Source of the DNA: Archaeoglobus fulgidus DSM 4304
GTDB lineage: Archaea; Halobacteriota; Archaeoglobi; Archaeoglobales; Archaeoglobaceae
DNA: 32,000 bases
Assembly: GCF_000008665.1 (NCBI RefSeq)
Contig: NC_000917.1
Span: forward strand, 630,001-662,000
Reading direction: 5' to 3'
Shown here: positions 8,868-16,485 of the stretch, piece after piece
Position numbering within the stretch: position 1 is the first letter of the stretch
Layout of the letters: every line of letters begins with the position of its first letter
The notes under the pieces: generated by a model
What the model saw: only the letters and a program-made list of their open reading frames with translations
The model's database searches: none
What the model was told of the DNA's origin: nothing
Made by a program: the position numbers and the translations under genes

Positions 8868-9422
8868 ATGCTGCTGAGAATCTACGAAAAGCTGCTCGAG
8901 AGGGAAATTCAAAAGGTTCCGAAGCACATTGTCGTTGTGACGAACAGCATAGGGGAGGGATTTCTCAACCTCGCAAAATGGTGCAGGAAGTTCGGAGTTG
9001 ATGAAATAACCATCTGCGGAAACACTCAGATTGACGAGTCCTTTTTCGATGGCTTTAAGCTCAGGATAATCAGAAACGGAAGCGTTGAGGAAAAAGATGG
9101 GCTAAAGCCCACGATAAACATTCTGACCTTCACCGGGAGAGAGGAGATAATCAACGTCGTTAGGAAGGTTGCGAAAATGGTGGAAAGGGGCGAGCTTGAG
9201 GTGGATGAGGTGGACGAAAACCTCTTTGAGAAATTTCTGACCATTAAATCTCCCCCCGACATGATTATAAAGGCGGGAAACGATATTCCCGATTTTCTTA
9301 TCTGGCAAGGCATTTATGCCGAACTGTACTTTGCGGATATTGACTGGCAAAATCTCAGATATGCAGACTTTCTCAGGATATTGAGAGAATATCAGAGGAG
9401 GGAAAGAAGGTATGGAAGATGA
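8868..9422 (+). CDS. Undecaprenyl-diphosphate-synthase-fold (cis-prenyltransferase) homolog with degenerate catalytic motifs
   Basis: The C-terminal half matches the UPPS pattern (PDMIIKAGNDIPDFLIWQGIYAELYFADIDWQNL...YQRRERRYGR). The N-terminal P-loop reads KHIVVVTNSIGEG instead of HxAIIMDGNGRWA. ATG at 8868 is preferred over the tracked 8769 start, which would overlap the divergent gene. Confidence 0.7.
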   Translation: MLLRIYEKLLEREIQKVPKHIVVVTNSIGEGFLNLAKWCRKFGVDEITICGNTQIDESFFDGFKLRIIRNGSVEEKDGLKPTINILTFTGREEIINVVRKVAKMVERGELEVDEVDENLFEKFLTIKSPPDMIIKAGNDIPDFLIWQGIYAELYFADIDWQNLRYADFLRILREYQRRERRYGR

Positions 9423-9876
9423 GAATCTCAGGATGCTGAGGGTTATTGCTGACTACCAGTTCGGAAGAGGTGTTGGGAGAGTGCTTTTCCCGGACACCTG
9501 CAAGTTCATACTTTCCAGCTCAGGGAGGGTTAGACAGGTTGTTGACGGGGGCGTTAGGATTGCCACGCTCAAGCCTGACTCCGGGTGGTTTACGCTGAGC
9601 ATTGAGGGAGCAAGGAGGGTTAAGGAGGCGCTCCCCTTCCCCAAGATGAGAGTTGTGGTGATGGATGAGGTGTCCGATTTTATTGCAGCAGGCAAAAGCG
9701 TTTTTGCCAAGCACGTTGTTGAAGTCGATGAGGAAATCAGAGCGAACGATGAAGTTGTGGTGGTCAACACTGCTGACAAGTTGCTCGCCACTGGAAGAGC
9801 GGTGCTCTCAGCCTTCGAAATGCTTGAAATGGAGAGGGGAATGGCCGTGAAGGTCAGGCAGGGTGTTAAGAGATGA
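9412..9876 (+). CDS. PUA-domain RNA-binding protein (TGT C2/PUA-like small protein)
   Basis: 154 aa. N-terminus LRVIADYQFGRGVG, and a C-terminal PUA-like segment FAKHVVEVDEEIRANDEVVVVN...LLATGRAVLSAFEM. It overlaps the upstream gene by 11 nt and the downstream gene by ATGA. Confidence 0.65.
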   Translation: MEDENLRMLRVIADYQFGRGVGRVLFPDTCKFILSSSGRVRQVVDGGVRIATLKPDSGWFTLSIEGARRVKEALPFPKMRVVVMDEVSDFIAAGKSVFAKHVVEVDEEIRANDEVVVVNTADKLLATGRAVLSAFEMLEMERGMAVKVRQGVKR

Positions 9877-10274
9877 TGCGGATTGACAGGAAAAACATGG
9901 TTCTGAGCGTTAAGTCGGGTAGTGTGGTAACCAAAAATCTTAGGTTCGACGGAACGGTTGTGGCGGGAATCGACTGCAGCTTTCTTGGGAGCATCGAAGC
10001 AAAGGAAGTAAATTTGGGAAGAGGGTGCGTTGTTGGAGGCGTTATCAGGGCTGAGGAGGTTACCGTTGGAGCCTACAGCAACTTCAACGAAATCGAGGCT
10101 GAGGACGTTGTTGTTCTTGCTGGGTGCAAGGGTAAAAGGATAACCGCAAAAAGCGACGTAAGGGTTGCGAAGAACTGCGAAATCGACGAAATAAGGGCAG
10201 GAAACAGACTTTTGATCGAAGGGAATTCAAAAATTGGAAAAATGGAGGCAAGAAAGATAATTGCCTACGGCTAA
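9873..10274 (+). CDS. Bactofilin-like (DUF583, polymer-forming beta-helix) protein
   Basis: 133 aa made of repeated short beta-strand/Gly turns: FDGTVVAGIDCSFLGSIEAKEVNLGRGCVVGGVIRAEEVTVGAYSNFNEIEAEDVVVLAGCKGKRITAKSDVRVAKNCEIDEIRAGNRLLIEGNSKIGKMEA. Confidence 0.6.
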   Translation: MMRIDRKNMVLSVKSGSVVTKNLRFDGTVVAGIDCSFLGSIEAKEVNLGRGCVVGGVIRAEEVTVGAYSNFNEIEAEDVVVLAGCKGKRITAKSDVRVAKNCEIDEIRAGNRLLIEGNSKIGKMEARKIIAYG

Positions 10275-12532
10275 ATCTTTCTGAGCTTTTCCAGAATTAT
10301 CCTTTTCTCAGCTCTTGCCACGACTTCCCTTATCCTTTGGACCGCATCGGGATTTGCCGAAACACTGTCGATGCCAAACTCGACCAGCTTCTCAACGACG
10401 TGCGGATAGCTGCCAGCCTGACCGCAGATCGAGCTCTTCACTCCGTGCTCCTTGCAAACCTTTATTGTTCTCTCGATGAGCTTGAGCACGGCAGGATGGG
10501 TTTCGTTGTAAAGGTATGCGACGTTCTCGTTGTTCCTGTCCACCGCCAGAGTGTACTGCGTCAAATCGTTTGTTCCTAGGCTGACGAAGTCTATGCCCTC
10601 TTTAATGATATCCTCAAGTATTAGCGCTGCTGCCGGCGTTTCAACCATCACTCCAAACTCAATTTTGTCCAGCGGCAATCCCTCGCTGATGGCTATCTCC
10701 TTAGCCCTTTTGACCTCCTCCGGAGAGGTTATCAGCGGAAGCATCACCCCAACGTTGGTGTATCCCTCGTCCACAAGCTTCTTTATCGCCCTCATCTCGG
10801 CCCTGAAGTGCTCCTCCTCCGCCAGGTCCCTTCTGATTCCTCTGAATCCGAGCATCGGATTGGCCTCAATAGGCTCGTCCTCTCCACCCTCCATAGCCCT
10901 GAACTCATCCGTTGGAGCGTCGATGGTTCTGATCCAAACCGGCTTGGGATAGAACGCCTTGACAACCTTCTTCATTTCCTGATAGAGCAAATCGATGTAC
11001 CTGTCAATCTCACCATCTCTTATGAACTTCATCGGATGCTTTTCGAGCCCGAGAACCATGTGCTCGATTCTGAACAAACCGACCCCATCCGCATTTGTCT
11101 CCCTCGCAACCCTCTCCGCCACGTCGGGAATTGAGATGTTCACCTTCACCTCTGTCGCGGTTATGATTGGAGCGGAAGCCACTACCGGTTTTGGTTCCTC
11201 CTTCTTCTCAATTCTGCCCTCGTAAACGATTCCCTTCTCACCGTCAACGGTTACAACCATTCCGTCTTTCAGAACCTTAGTTGCGACTTTAGTTCCAACA
11301 ACCGCCGGCACTCCGAGTTCTCTTGAAACTATGGCTGCATGGCAGGTCATACCTCCCTCGTCCGTCACAATGGCGGCTGCTCTCTTCATCGCCGGGACCA
11401 TGTCTGGTGTGGTCATCGTTGTGACCAGTATGTCTCCCTCTTCAACCTTGGAAATCTCTTTCTCGCTGAAAATCACCTTCACCTTACCCGAGGCGATACC
11501 CGGAGATGCTCCAAGCCCCTTCAGAAGGATTTTGCCCTCTGCCTCTTCCGAAACCTCTTCTTCAGCCTCCTTTTTCTCTTTTCTTATGGTTGTGATCGGC
11601 CTCGACTGGACTATGTATATCTTGCCCCCCTCAATAGCCCACTCGACGTCCTGCGGCTTGCCGTAGTGGTCCTCTATCAGCTCTCCAAGAGTTACGAGCT
11701 TTTCTATCTCCTCATCGCTCAGCACCCTCTCGTTTGCTTTCTCGGGTGGAAGCTCGACCTTAACGGTCTTCCCGTCTTTTCTCGTAAGCATGAACTTCTT
11801 CTCACCAATCTTGACCTCCTCTATCTTTCTCTTCACTCTGTCGTAAACGTACGTGTCGGGAGTGACGAGACCGCTTACAATAGCCTCTCCCAGGCCGAAA
11901 ACCGCCTCGATGATGCACTTCTTCTCCCCGCTAACCGGATGGGACGTGAACATTACTCCGCTCTTCTCGCTGTTCACCATCTTCTGCACAACGACGGCGA
12001 TGCTGACGTCCTCATGCCTGAAGCCCTTCTGGACTCTATAGTAAATGGCCCTAGGTGTGAAAAGACTCCCCCAGCATTTCTTGACCTTCTCAACAACCTC
12101 GTCCTCGCCAACAACGTTCAGATAAGTCTCCTGCTGCCCCGCAAAGCTTGCATCCGGCAAATCTTCTGCGGTTGCTGAGCTTCTGACCGCAACGTAAACT
12201 TCCTTTCCCTCCTCCTCGCAGAGCTTCCTGTACGCCTCTCTGATCTCCCTCTCAATGTCTTCAGGCATCTCCGTCTTTTCGATGATTTCCCTGATTTCCC
12301 TCGAAACAGCATCCAGCTTTTCCGTATCCTCAACATCGAGTTCCCTTAGCAGGGAGTAAATTTTCTCAGCTATCCCTGTTTTCTGAATGAATTCGCGAAA
12401 CGTTCGAGCGTCAACAACGAAACCATCAGGAACCGGAATTTCAGCTCTTAAAAGTTCACCAAGATTCGCACCCTTCCCACCAACAAGAGGAATATCGTTT
12501 TTATCAACATCCGCCAACCAGAGTACCGGCAT
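10271..12532 (-). CDS. ppsA: Phosphoenolpyruvate synthase (pyruvate, water dikinase)
   Basis: 753 aa. ATP-grasp N-terminus VGGKGANLGEL, phospho-His domain GGMTCHAAIVSRELGVPAVVG, and a PEP-utilising TIM barrel GTNDLTQYTLAVDR. Shine-Dalgarno-like GAGGTGA sits just upstream of the ATG. Confidence 0.95.
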   Translation of the reverse strand: MPVLWLADVDKNDIPLVGGKGANLGELLRAEIPVPDGFVVDARTFREFIQKTGIAEKIYSLLRELDVEDTEKLDAVSREIREIIEKTEMPEDIEREIREAYRKLCEEEGKEVYVAVRSSATAEDLPDASFAGQQETYLNVVGEDEVVEKVKKCWGSLFTPRAIYYRVQKGFRHEDVSIAVVVQKMVNSEKSGVMFTSHPVSGEKKCIIEAVFGLGEAIVSGLVTPDTYVYDRVKRKIEEVKIGEKKFMLTRKDGKTVKVELPPEKANERVLSDEEIEKLVTLGELIEDHYGKPQDVEWAIEGGKIYIVQSRPITTIRKEKKEAEEEVSEEAEGKILLKGLGASPGIASGKVKVIFSEKEISKVEEGDILVTTMTTPDMVPAMKRAAAIVTDEGGMTCHAAIVSRELGVPAVVGTKVATKVLKDGMVVTVDGEKGIVYEGRIEKKEEPKPVVASAPIITATEVKVNISIPDVAERVARETNADGVGLFRIEHMVLGLEKHPMKFIRDGEIDRYIDLLYQEMKKVVKAFYPKPVWIRTIDAPTDEFRAMEGGEDEPIEANPMLGFRGIRRDLAEEEHFRAEMRAIKKLVDEGYTNVGVMLPLITSPEEVKRAKEIAISEGLPLDKIEFGVMVETPAAALILEDIIKEGIDFVSLGTNDLTQYTLAVDRNNENVAYLYNETHPAVLKLIERTIKVCKEHGVKSSICGQAGSYPHVVEKLVEFGIDSVSANPDAVQRIREVVARAEKRIILEKLRKI

Positions 12533-12620
12533 TTACTCACCTCGTTCTGAGTTTGCCAAAGCCTTAAAAAATTTTAGGTGGAGCGGAATCGCAAGCGATA
12601 TATTAAGCAGGAAATCATAG

Positions 12621-12980
12621 ATGCCAATGGTGAGGAAAGCTGCATTTTATGCAATTGCAGTCATTTCAGGAGTTCTCGCTGCCGTAGTGGGGAATGCCTT
12701 GTACCACAATTTCAACTCGGATTTAGGTGCTCAAGCTAAAATTTACTTCTTCTACTCCGACTCATGCCCCCACTGCCGCGAAGTGAAACCGTACGTGGAG
12801 GAGTTTGCAAAAACGCACAACTTAACCTGGTGCAATGTCGCGGAAATGGACGCAAACTGCTCCAAAATAGCTCAGGAGTTTGGAATTAAGTACGTGCCTA
12901 CTCTCGTTATAATGGACGAGGAGGCTCACGTTTTTGTGGGTTCTGATGAGGTTAGGACAGCAATAGAGGGGATGAAATGA
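12621..12980 (+). CDS. Membrane-anchored thioredoxin-fold protein (CPHC active site)
   Basis: 119 aa. N-terminal TM segment AFYAIAVISGVLAAVVG, then FFYSDSCPHCREVKP and the cis-Pro region KYVPTLVI. Confidence 0.75.
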   Translation: MPMVRKAAFYAIAVISGVLAAVVGNALYHNFNSDLGAQAKIYFFYSDSCPHCREVKPYVEEFAKTHNLTWCNVAEMDANCSKIAQEFGIKYVPTLVIMDEEAHVFVGSDEVRTAIEGMK

Positions 12981-13327
12981 GAAGACTGGCAATCCTGCTA
13001 TCCCTTGCAGGAATCGCTGATTCATCCTACCTTCTTCTCAGCGAGGCGGTTCCCTGCCCAACAGGGGTGTGCGCGTCAATATCGGTCTTCTCCCTCCCCC
13101 CCTTTGTCCCGGCTCTTCTTGGCCTTTGCTGGTTCGTCCTTTCCATTGTCGTTTTCACCGCAGGAGTTAACAGAGCACTGCTCACCTTCTGGAGGTTTTC
13201 CGGCGTTTTTGGAGAGTCCTTCCTCGGAACGTACGCGGTTCTGCACGGCTACTTCTGCCCATACTGCTTCACAGCCTACGGGATAGGGATTGTGGTTGTA
13301 GCGATATCCGAGAAGCTTTACGGCTAA
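12977..13327 (+). CDS. VKOR-like (vitamin K epoxide reductase family) 4-TM disulfide oxidoreductase
   Basis: 116 aa with 4 hydrophobic segments. TM1 is LAGIADSSYLLL, the loop pair is CPTGVC followed by SISVFS (compare VKOR C..C-SRVFSS), and CPYC sits at the start of the last TM. ATGA overlap with the thioredoxin gene. Confidence 0.6.
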   Translation: MRRLAILLSLAGIADSSYLLLSEAVPCPTGVCASISVFSLPPFVPALLGLCWFVLSIVVFTAGVNRALLTFWRFSGVFGESFLGTYAVLHGYFCPYCFTAYGIGIVVVAISEKLYG

Positions 13328-13995
13328 AATTTCCCCTTCCTTACTACATCAAGCGGTATTTTGCCTTTATGCACCGCCGTGGCAACCAGAACACCGCTGC
13401 ACCCCATTTCCTTGAGCCTTTCCAAATCTTCAACTCCCGAAATCCCCCCTCCAAGCATGACTGGATGTTCGGAAAGTTCGAGAGTTTTAGTTAAAACGGA
13501 GAGGTCGGGCTTCATAGCTCCAACAGCATGTATCGGCAGGACTATCAGCCCGTAGAGGTCGAAGGAGTTAAGGAATTTAACCACCTCCTCCCAGCTTTCG
13601 AACTTTCCAGATGCATCCAGAAATTTCTCCTTGAAATCGAGGCTGACGTAGCATTTCCTGTCAAGCTGAGTTATGTCGAAGGTTTCCGTTCCAACCACAG
13701 GAGTGAAGGGCAATTTTTCAAGCTCTTCGGGGCTTCTGAAACCGCAGTCAGCTATGAGCTCTTCAACCCTCTTTGATAGCTTCGATAGCAGGGAAAAGTT
13801 GTCACCCAATCCCACAATCCTGTCGAGGTCTGCAGCATACAAAAATCTTGGCTTAATCTCCTCAATCACCTTCAAGGCATCATCAGATGACACAAGCCTG
13901 CTGATGGCGGTTATGGGAGGGTAGCTTTCCCTCTCCCCTCCCTTTCCCGCAACTACCTTACCGCTTTTTATATCAACCACAAAAAATACCTTCAT
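13324..13995 (-). CDS. HisA/HisF-family TIM-barrel protein (non-histidine paralog, possibly methanopterin-related)
   Basis: 223 aa. N-terminus VVDIKSGKVVAG, then YAADLDRI, and C-terminus MLGGGISGVEDLERLKEMGCSGVLVATAVHKGKI. Confidence 0.75.
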   Translation of the reverse strand: MKVFFVVDIKSGKVVAGKGGERESYPPITAISRLVSSDDALKVIEEIKPRFLYAADLDRIVGLGDNFSLLSKLSKRVEELIADCGFRSPEELEKLPFTPVVGTETFDITQLDRKCYVSLDFKEKFLDASGKFESWEEVVKFLNSFDLYGLIVLPIHAVGAMKPDLSVLTKTLELSEHPVMLGGGISGVEDLERLKEMGCSGVLVATAVHKGKIPLDVVRKGKF

Positions 13996-14068
13996 GCTCC
14001 CATATCAGCAATGAGATTAAAAAGGAAATGTTAAATAAACTGAAGCATACAGCCAGCAGGTGATAAAA

Positions 14069-14890
14069 ATGGTTGTGAAAGTTGGTGTTTTGAAGATGGG
14101 TGCTATTGGCACTGCTCTGCTTGTGGAGTATCTGCTTGATGAGAGGGCTGATAGAGAGGACATCGAGGTTAGAGTTGTTACAAGCGGTGCAAAAATGCAG
14201 CCTGAAGAGGCTGTTGTGGCTGAGAAGCTCAAGGAGTTCGACCCGGATGTTGTGATTGTTGTTTCACCAAACGCAGCCCTACCAGGGCCAAAGGCTGCCA
14301 GAGAGGCCTTTGAGGGCAAGCCTGTAATTGTAATCAGCGACGCACCGGCAAAGAAGGCAAAGGACGAGCTTAAGGAGAAGGGATTCGGATACATTCTAAT
14401 CAACGCAGACTCCATGATTGGAGCGAGGAGAGAGTTCCTCGACCCGACAGAGATGGCGCTTTTCAACGCTGATGTTGTGAAGGTTCTCGCCGCTACCGGA
14501 GCCTTCAGGCTCGTGCAGGAGGCAATCGACAAGGTTATTGAAGATATTAAGGCTGGAAAGCAGCCTGAGCTTCCGCAGATTGTTGTCACAGCCGAAAAGG
14601 CAGTCGAGGCTGGTAAGTTCAGCAATCCATACGCCAAGGCGAAGGCGATGGCGGCATTCTACATTGCAGAGAAGGTTGCGGACATCGACGTGAAGGGATG
14701 CTTCATTGAGAAGGATCCAGAGAAGTACATCCCGCTTGTCGCTTCAGCTCACGAGATGATGAGAATCGCCGCAATCCTTGCCGATCAGGCGAGGGAGATT
14801 GAGAAGAGCAACGACACCGTCTTCAGAAACCCGCACGCCAAAGATGGAAAAATCCTCGGCAAGACCCAGCTGATGGCAAAGCCCGAATGA
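14069..14890 (+). CDS. mtd: F420-dependent methylenetetrahydromethanopterin dehydrogenase
   Basis: N-terminus [37 protein letters not shown] is typical of Mtd. ATG at 14069 is preceded by AGGTGAT, and the tracked GTG at 14060 is less likely. Confidence 0.9.
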   Translation: MVVKVGVLKMGAIGTALLVEYLLDERADREDIEVRVVTSGAKMQPEEAVVAEKLKEFDPDVVIVVSPNAALPGPKAAREAFEGKPVIVISDAPAKKAKDELKEKGFGYILINADSMIGARREFLDPTEMALFNADVVKVLAATGAFRLVQEAIDKVIEDIKAGKQPELPQIVVTAEKAVEAGKFSNPYAKAKAMAAFYIAEKVADIDVKGCFIEKDPEKYIPLVASAHEMMRIAAILADQAREIEKSNDTVFRNPHAKDGKILGKTQLMAKPE

Positions 14891-15845
14891 GGTCAAGAAT
14901 CCTAAATTCGATTTTAATTTTTATTTTTCTAATTCTCTTCTACTCAACGCTCTTCGTTGCGCTGATGCAGAATTACGAGGGGAGAAGCTACTCAATTGTC
15001 GATGGGTTTTACTGGGTCATAGCGACGATAACAACCGTCGGGTATGGGGATATTTACTTCACTACACCGGCGGGCAAGATTTTCTCGGTTGTTGTAATGG
15101 TCAGCGGTGTGCTGTACTTCTTCGGCTTCCTGCTTCCGTACGCCATAATTCCCTGGGCAGAGGAGAGGCTAAAGCTCGTCTTACCGACATCTGTCAAAAT
15201 GAGCAACCACATTATTATCTGCGGATACAACCTCTTCACAGTCGAATTCTGCAAGATACTCAGAGAATTCGGTGTTAATACGTCGTTCTTGAAAAAGACC
15301 CTGAAAGGGTAAGAAGGGCTCTGGATGACAGAGTCGTTTGCGTCCTCACCAGCGGCTCCGAGCGGTCTTTTCTCGAGAACGGAGTTGAGAGAGCAAACGC
15401 CATGATAGTAGCATGGGACAGGGTGGAGGACATTCTCGACACGCTGCTCACACTCAAGGAGTATGGCATTCCAAAGTATGTTGTCTACGGGGATTACAGG
15501 TACACGAAATACCTGCTCTACGCGGGGGCAAAGAAGGTGTTCCTGCCGAAAAGTCTCATAGCTTCGAGCATTGCGAGGATGATACTTCAGGAGGTCGAGA
15601 TCGGGAAGAGAAGGGAGATTTTCGATGGTGTGCAGGCAATTGAAATCGTGCTGCCGTCGAATATTTCAGTCTCAGAACTTGAGGAGAGAGGGCTGAGGGT
15701 CATTGCAGCATGCCGTCTCGGAAATCTGGAGTTCAACCCACCAAAGGACAGAGTTCTTGAAAAGGGTTGCGTTGCACTTTTGGCCGGTACTGAGGAGGCA
15801 ATAAAGGGGATCGTGTATGAGGGTACTCATTTTAGGCTACGGTGA
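14887..15845 (+). pseudogene. MthK-like K+ channel (2-TM pore + RCK/TrkA-N) interrupted by a single frame change near 15277-15281
   Basis: Fragment 1 (14887..15312) carries the selectivity filter TTVGYGD and the start of the Rossmann fold, NHIIICGYNLFTVEFCKILREFGVN. In the -1 frame from 15279 the sequence continues as YVVLEKDPERVRRALDDRVVCVLTSGSERSFLENGVERANAMIVAWD... through to the stop at 15845. Confidence 0.7.
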
Positions 15846-16461
15846 CGTTGGGAGGACAGCGGCAAGAATTCTGACCTCGAGGGGAGTGGATACAGTCGTC
15901 GTTGATAAGGAGGTGCACGAGCCCGAGGGAAGTGCCGAGTTTATAAGGGCCGACGTAACGTCGGAATCCTTCTGGGAAAATATCGAGCTATCCGATTTCG
16001 ATGCCGCAATTATCGCCCTTCCAGAAGACACACATGCCATTTTCTGCGTTCTAACTCTACGAAGAATGAGGGAGGATTTGAAGATTTACGTCAGATGCAA
16101 CGAAAGTGAGAATGCGGAGAAGATGTACGTGGCGGGAGCGGACTACGTTATTGTGTTGCCAATGGTTACGGCTGAGATGATTCTCTCAGAGGTTTTCGGA
16201 GAATCTATAAGAAGGAGAATGAGGTTTGAGAATATCGAGATTGCCGTTTACGAGGTAAAGAGGGGGTCCAAGGTAGTAGGAAAAACCCTAAAGGAGCTCG
16301 AGGGTAAGGGTGTGAAGGTAATTGCCGCGGAATGCGGCGGGAGGGTTATCATGGACCTCAATTTCACAATTGAGGAGGGCTGCAGAATCGCTTTGGCTGG
16401 AAAAACTGACAACCTCCTGGAAGTTGAGGCGGAACTAAGCATCCCAAATCAAAAGGATTAA
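15817..16461 (+). CDS. TrkA-like RCK protein (TrkA-N + TrkA-C domains)
   Basis: 214 aa. N-terminus MRVLILGYGDVGRTAARILTSRGVDTVVVDKE, and a C-terminal TrkA-C-like segment EVKRGSKVVGKTLKELE...IEEGCRIALAG. Confidence 0.8.
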   Translation: MRVLILGYGDVGRTAARILTSRGVDTVVVDKEVHEPEGSAEFIRADVTSESFWENIELSDFDAAIIALPEDTHAIFCVLTLRRMREDLKIYVRCNESENAEKMYVAGADYVIVLPMVTAEMILSEVFGESIRRRMRFENIEIAVYEVKRGSKVVGKTLKELEGKGVKVIAAECGGRVIMDLNFTIEEGCRIALAGKTDNLLEVEAELSIPNQKD

Positions 16462-16485
16462 AATGCCCTGGAATTAAATATAATT

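Noticed and set aside
11339-12178. 279-aa plus-strand ORF, together with other plus-strand ORFs between 10337 and 12041
   Set aside because: They are fully antisense to the strongly conserved ppsA gene. Their products are Leu/Ser/Arg-rich with no motifs, which is typical of shadow ORFs in a moderately GC-rich coding region.
14017-14637. 206-aa minus-strand ORF
   Set aside because: It is antisense to mtd. The product is a low-complexity Ser/Ala/Thr string with no start context.
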